Made by a program: the position numbers and the translations under genes
Notes under the pieces: generated by a model
What the model saw: the letters and a program-made list of their open reading frames with translations, nothing else
The model's database searches: none
Told to the model about the DNA's origin: nothing
Part shown: one piece after another, positions 59,386-61,147 of the stretch
How the letters are laid out: every line of letters begins with the position of its first letter
Numbering within the stretch: the stretch's first letter is position 1
Assembly: GCA_964462425.1 (NCBI GenBank)
Contig: CAYWYD010000009.1
Coordinates: 1-61,147, forward strand
Source of the DNA: an uncultured Thermoplasmata archaeon
Lineage (GTDB): Archaea > Thermoplasmatota > Thermoplasmata > Halarchaeoplasmatales > Halarchaeoplasmataceae
Direction: 5' to 3'
DNA length: 61,147 nucleotides

Positions 59386-60165
59386 TTACTTTTCTCTGGC
59401 GACCGCCGCGACGCTTTCATCATCGGGGGAGTACTGGCCGGGTGTTTTCATGCCGAGGATAAATCCGGCAAAGTCGCTTTTGACCGGATCTCCGTTCAGT
59501 GATCCGATAGTTTCACCTTCATCGATTTCGGCTCCCGGTTCTTTCTTCGGTTTGAAGAGTCCTTCTTGGTGGGGCGTGAGTCTTTCGTAGTGGTGGTAAA
59601 ATATGGTCTCTTCTTCCGGTCTCTTCGGATAGTTCTCTATCAGAAAATTCAGAAGAGAGTCTTTGACTTTTTCCAGTTCCCCTCTGTACCGTTCAGCGCC
59701 TCCGGCTTCGATTATCATGGAAGGTATGCCGAGTTTCGACGTTTCTATGAAGAGCTGTCCTTCTTTACCTCCGGTCTGGACTGCGTTTCTCAAACCGATC
59801 TTTCTGCATAATTCGATGTTATAGTCTTTCTGCAGATCTGTCAACATGTAAGGTACACACCAGCTGTTCTTTCCATAGGTGTGAAGGTCGATGACACGAT
59901 CAAAATCCTCAGCTTTTTGAAAGAGCTGGTAGGCGGTGCGTTCCGATCTAGTACCTTTTTCGTCTCCGGGAAATATGCGGTTCAGGTCCTTTCCATCTTT
60001 TGGATTTTCTCTATGCTTGTTTTCGACCGCTTCGAGATTCACCTCGGGTATGACCTCTACACCCTCGATACCTCTGCTCTCGATCCAACCCTTTATCTCT
60101 CTCGCTATTAGGACCGAACCGATCTCTGCGCCGTGGATCCCGGCGGTGATTAGCGTCTTCTTCAT
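59386..60165 (-). CDS. Succinylglutamate desuccinylase/aspartoacylase family (M14-like)
   Basis: AGIHGAE, DLNRIFPG, IDLHT, IEAGG. Confidence 0.88.
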   Translation of the reverse strand: MKKTLITAGIHGAEIGSVLIAREIKGWIESRGIEGVEVIPEVNLEAVENKHRENPKDGKDLNRIFPGDEKGTRSERTAYQLFQKAEDFDRVIDLHTYGKNSWCVPYMLTDLQKDYNIELCRKIGLRNAVQTGGKEGQLFIETSKLGIPSMIIEAGGAERYRGELEKVKDSLLNFLIENYPKRPEEETIFYHHYERLTPHQEGLFKPKKEPGAEIDEGETIGSLNGDPVKSDFAGFILGMKTPGQYSPDDESVAAVAREK

Positions 60166-60439
60166 GGTATATCGATAAGGGCGGGATACTATATTATGCC
60201 TGCGGTCGGGAGGAAAGATTTGAACTAGGTTTTGAGTACTTCAGACGATCATATTTCTCATCTACTTTAACTTCAAAAGAACGAGTCTACCTCTTTACTC
60301 GAAGTATTAAGGTGGTGTAGATGATGAAGTGAGAAAACGTACTAGAGGGAGTTAAGTGATTTTAGCACATATCCAATAGAAGGTGCAGCCACTTTCCTTG
60401 ATTGAAAAGTATATGGTGCTTAGCAAAATTAAGATTTAA

Positions 60440-60502
60440 GAGAAGGTGATCGGGGATGAGATCAAAGAAGGGATCGCTAGAAGGCATGGACTGGTCAAAT
60501 GA
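60440..60502 (+). pseudogene. C-terminal remnant of an antitoxin
   Basis: ...IGDEIKEGIARRHGLVK* whose stop overlaps the PIN ATG; no intact 5' part. Confidence 0.45.
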
Positions 60503-60663
60503 AATTTGTTATCGATACTAACGTATTGATATCTGCTCTTATATCAGATGATGTCACTAGAGAATTGATACTTGAAATGGAGGAGGAACTGTACTCTCTA
60601 GATTTTTTAGAAAGTGAGATAGAAAAGCATAAAGATCGTATCAAGGATAAGTTAGGATTTTAG
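60499..60663 (+). pseudogene. Truncated PIN-domain toxin (54 aa)
   Basis: MKFVIDTNVLISALI... ends at TAG before the C-terminal catalytic Asp residues. Confidence 0.7.
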
Positions 60664-60740
60664 CATCGTTTATTTATTATCATATTAAAAGTAGAAACAT
60701 TTAAAAGAGTTAGGATGTATAATTACATAGAAGTGGTAAG

Positions 60741-60881
60741 ATGGGGATACTAGCCAAAGATATAGAAAAGTTTATCGGCAACAAAAAGGGCAAGAAATTA
60801 GGTGATATCTTATACCACAGGTTTAAAGATATCGATGTAGATTCCGTCGAAGAGGTAAGAAAAGTTAGAGAGAGAAATTAG
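60741..60881 (+). CDS. 46-aa antitoxin-like protein
   Basis: MGILAKDIEKF...DVDSVEEVRKVRERN*, directly upstream of a PIN gene. Confidence 0.65.
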   Translation: MGILAKDIEKFIGNKKGKKLGDILYHRFKDIDVDSVEEVRKVRERN

Positions 60882-60883
60882 TC

Positions 60884-61147
60884 ATGTCTTCTATATTTAT
60901 CGACACAAATGTTTTCATTGCATCATTATTCAGGGATGAAGATCGTTCTGATATCGCTAGAGAGGTCTTGAATTTAGAGGTCGAGAAATACACTTCAATT
61001 TTAAATCTGATGGAGATAAGAAGTGTCCTTTCGAAAAAAAAGCAAATATCTAAATCCGAGATCGAAAAAATCGAGTCCGAGATCGTGGAGGCAACCGAGA
61101 TAATAATTCCTGATTCCTCGAGTTTTTTACAGAGTAATGAATTTCAA
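60884..61147 (+). CDS. vapC: VapC PIN toxin (runs off window)
   Basis: IFIDTNVFI, NLMEI. Confidence 0.8.
   Translation, partial: MSSIFIDTNVFIASLFRDEDRSDIAREVLNLEVEKYTSILNLMEIRSVLSKKKQISKSEIEKIESEIVEATEIIIPDSSSFLQSNEFQ

Noticed and set aside
810..60178. Numerous antisense or alternate-frame ORFs in the track (e.g. 810-1295, 2315-2815, 29317-29820, 48817-49347, 55017-55592)
   Set aside because: Ser/Phe/Ile-rich shadows of Glu/Lys-rich genes on the other strand; no motifs or RBS

Overview
This is an archaeal chromosomal window. Evidence: an intron-containing tRNA-Trp, BRE/TATA promoters, an archaeal-type TyrRS and a geranylgeranyl reductase. The very Asp/Glu-rich proteins and gene content suggest a halophilic, anaerobic Thermoplasmatota-like organism (inference). 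The left third is mostly housekeeping: tRNA-Trp(CCA) with a box C/D guide intron, tldD/pmbA, saccharopine dehydrogenase, pgk, tyrS, thrC, tatD, GGR, taw2, vapBC and amrS. It also has a STAND/AAA-TPR protein carrying an apparent longin-like insertion. The middle holds three very large secreted or surface proteins around a korDABC operon: a 3150-aa mosaic protein, a 2357-aa S8 protease and a Cys-rich SdrD-B/CnaB repeat protein. The right third is accessory: an SLC12-type cation-chloride cotransporter, a P-type ATPase, a TAT-less reductive dehalogenase homolog, small membrane and zinc-ribbon genes (several decayed), a stand-alone LigD phosphoesterase, a bacterial-type QueG and toxin-antitoxin loci. 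The best candidates for something new are the longin-inserted STAND receptor, the predicted isopeptide-bonded archaeal repeat protein, the two cobalamin-dependent reductases (RdhA-like and QueG), and a structured mini-element duplicating the tRNA 3' end. All calls come from motif recognition by eye; no searches were run.
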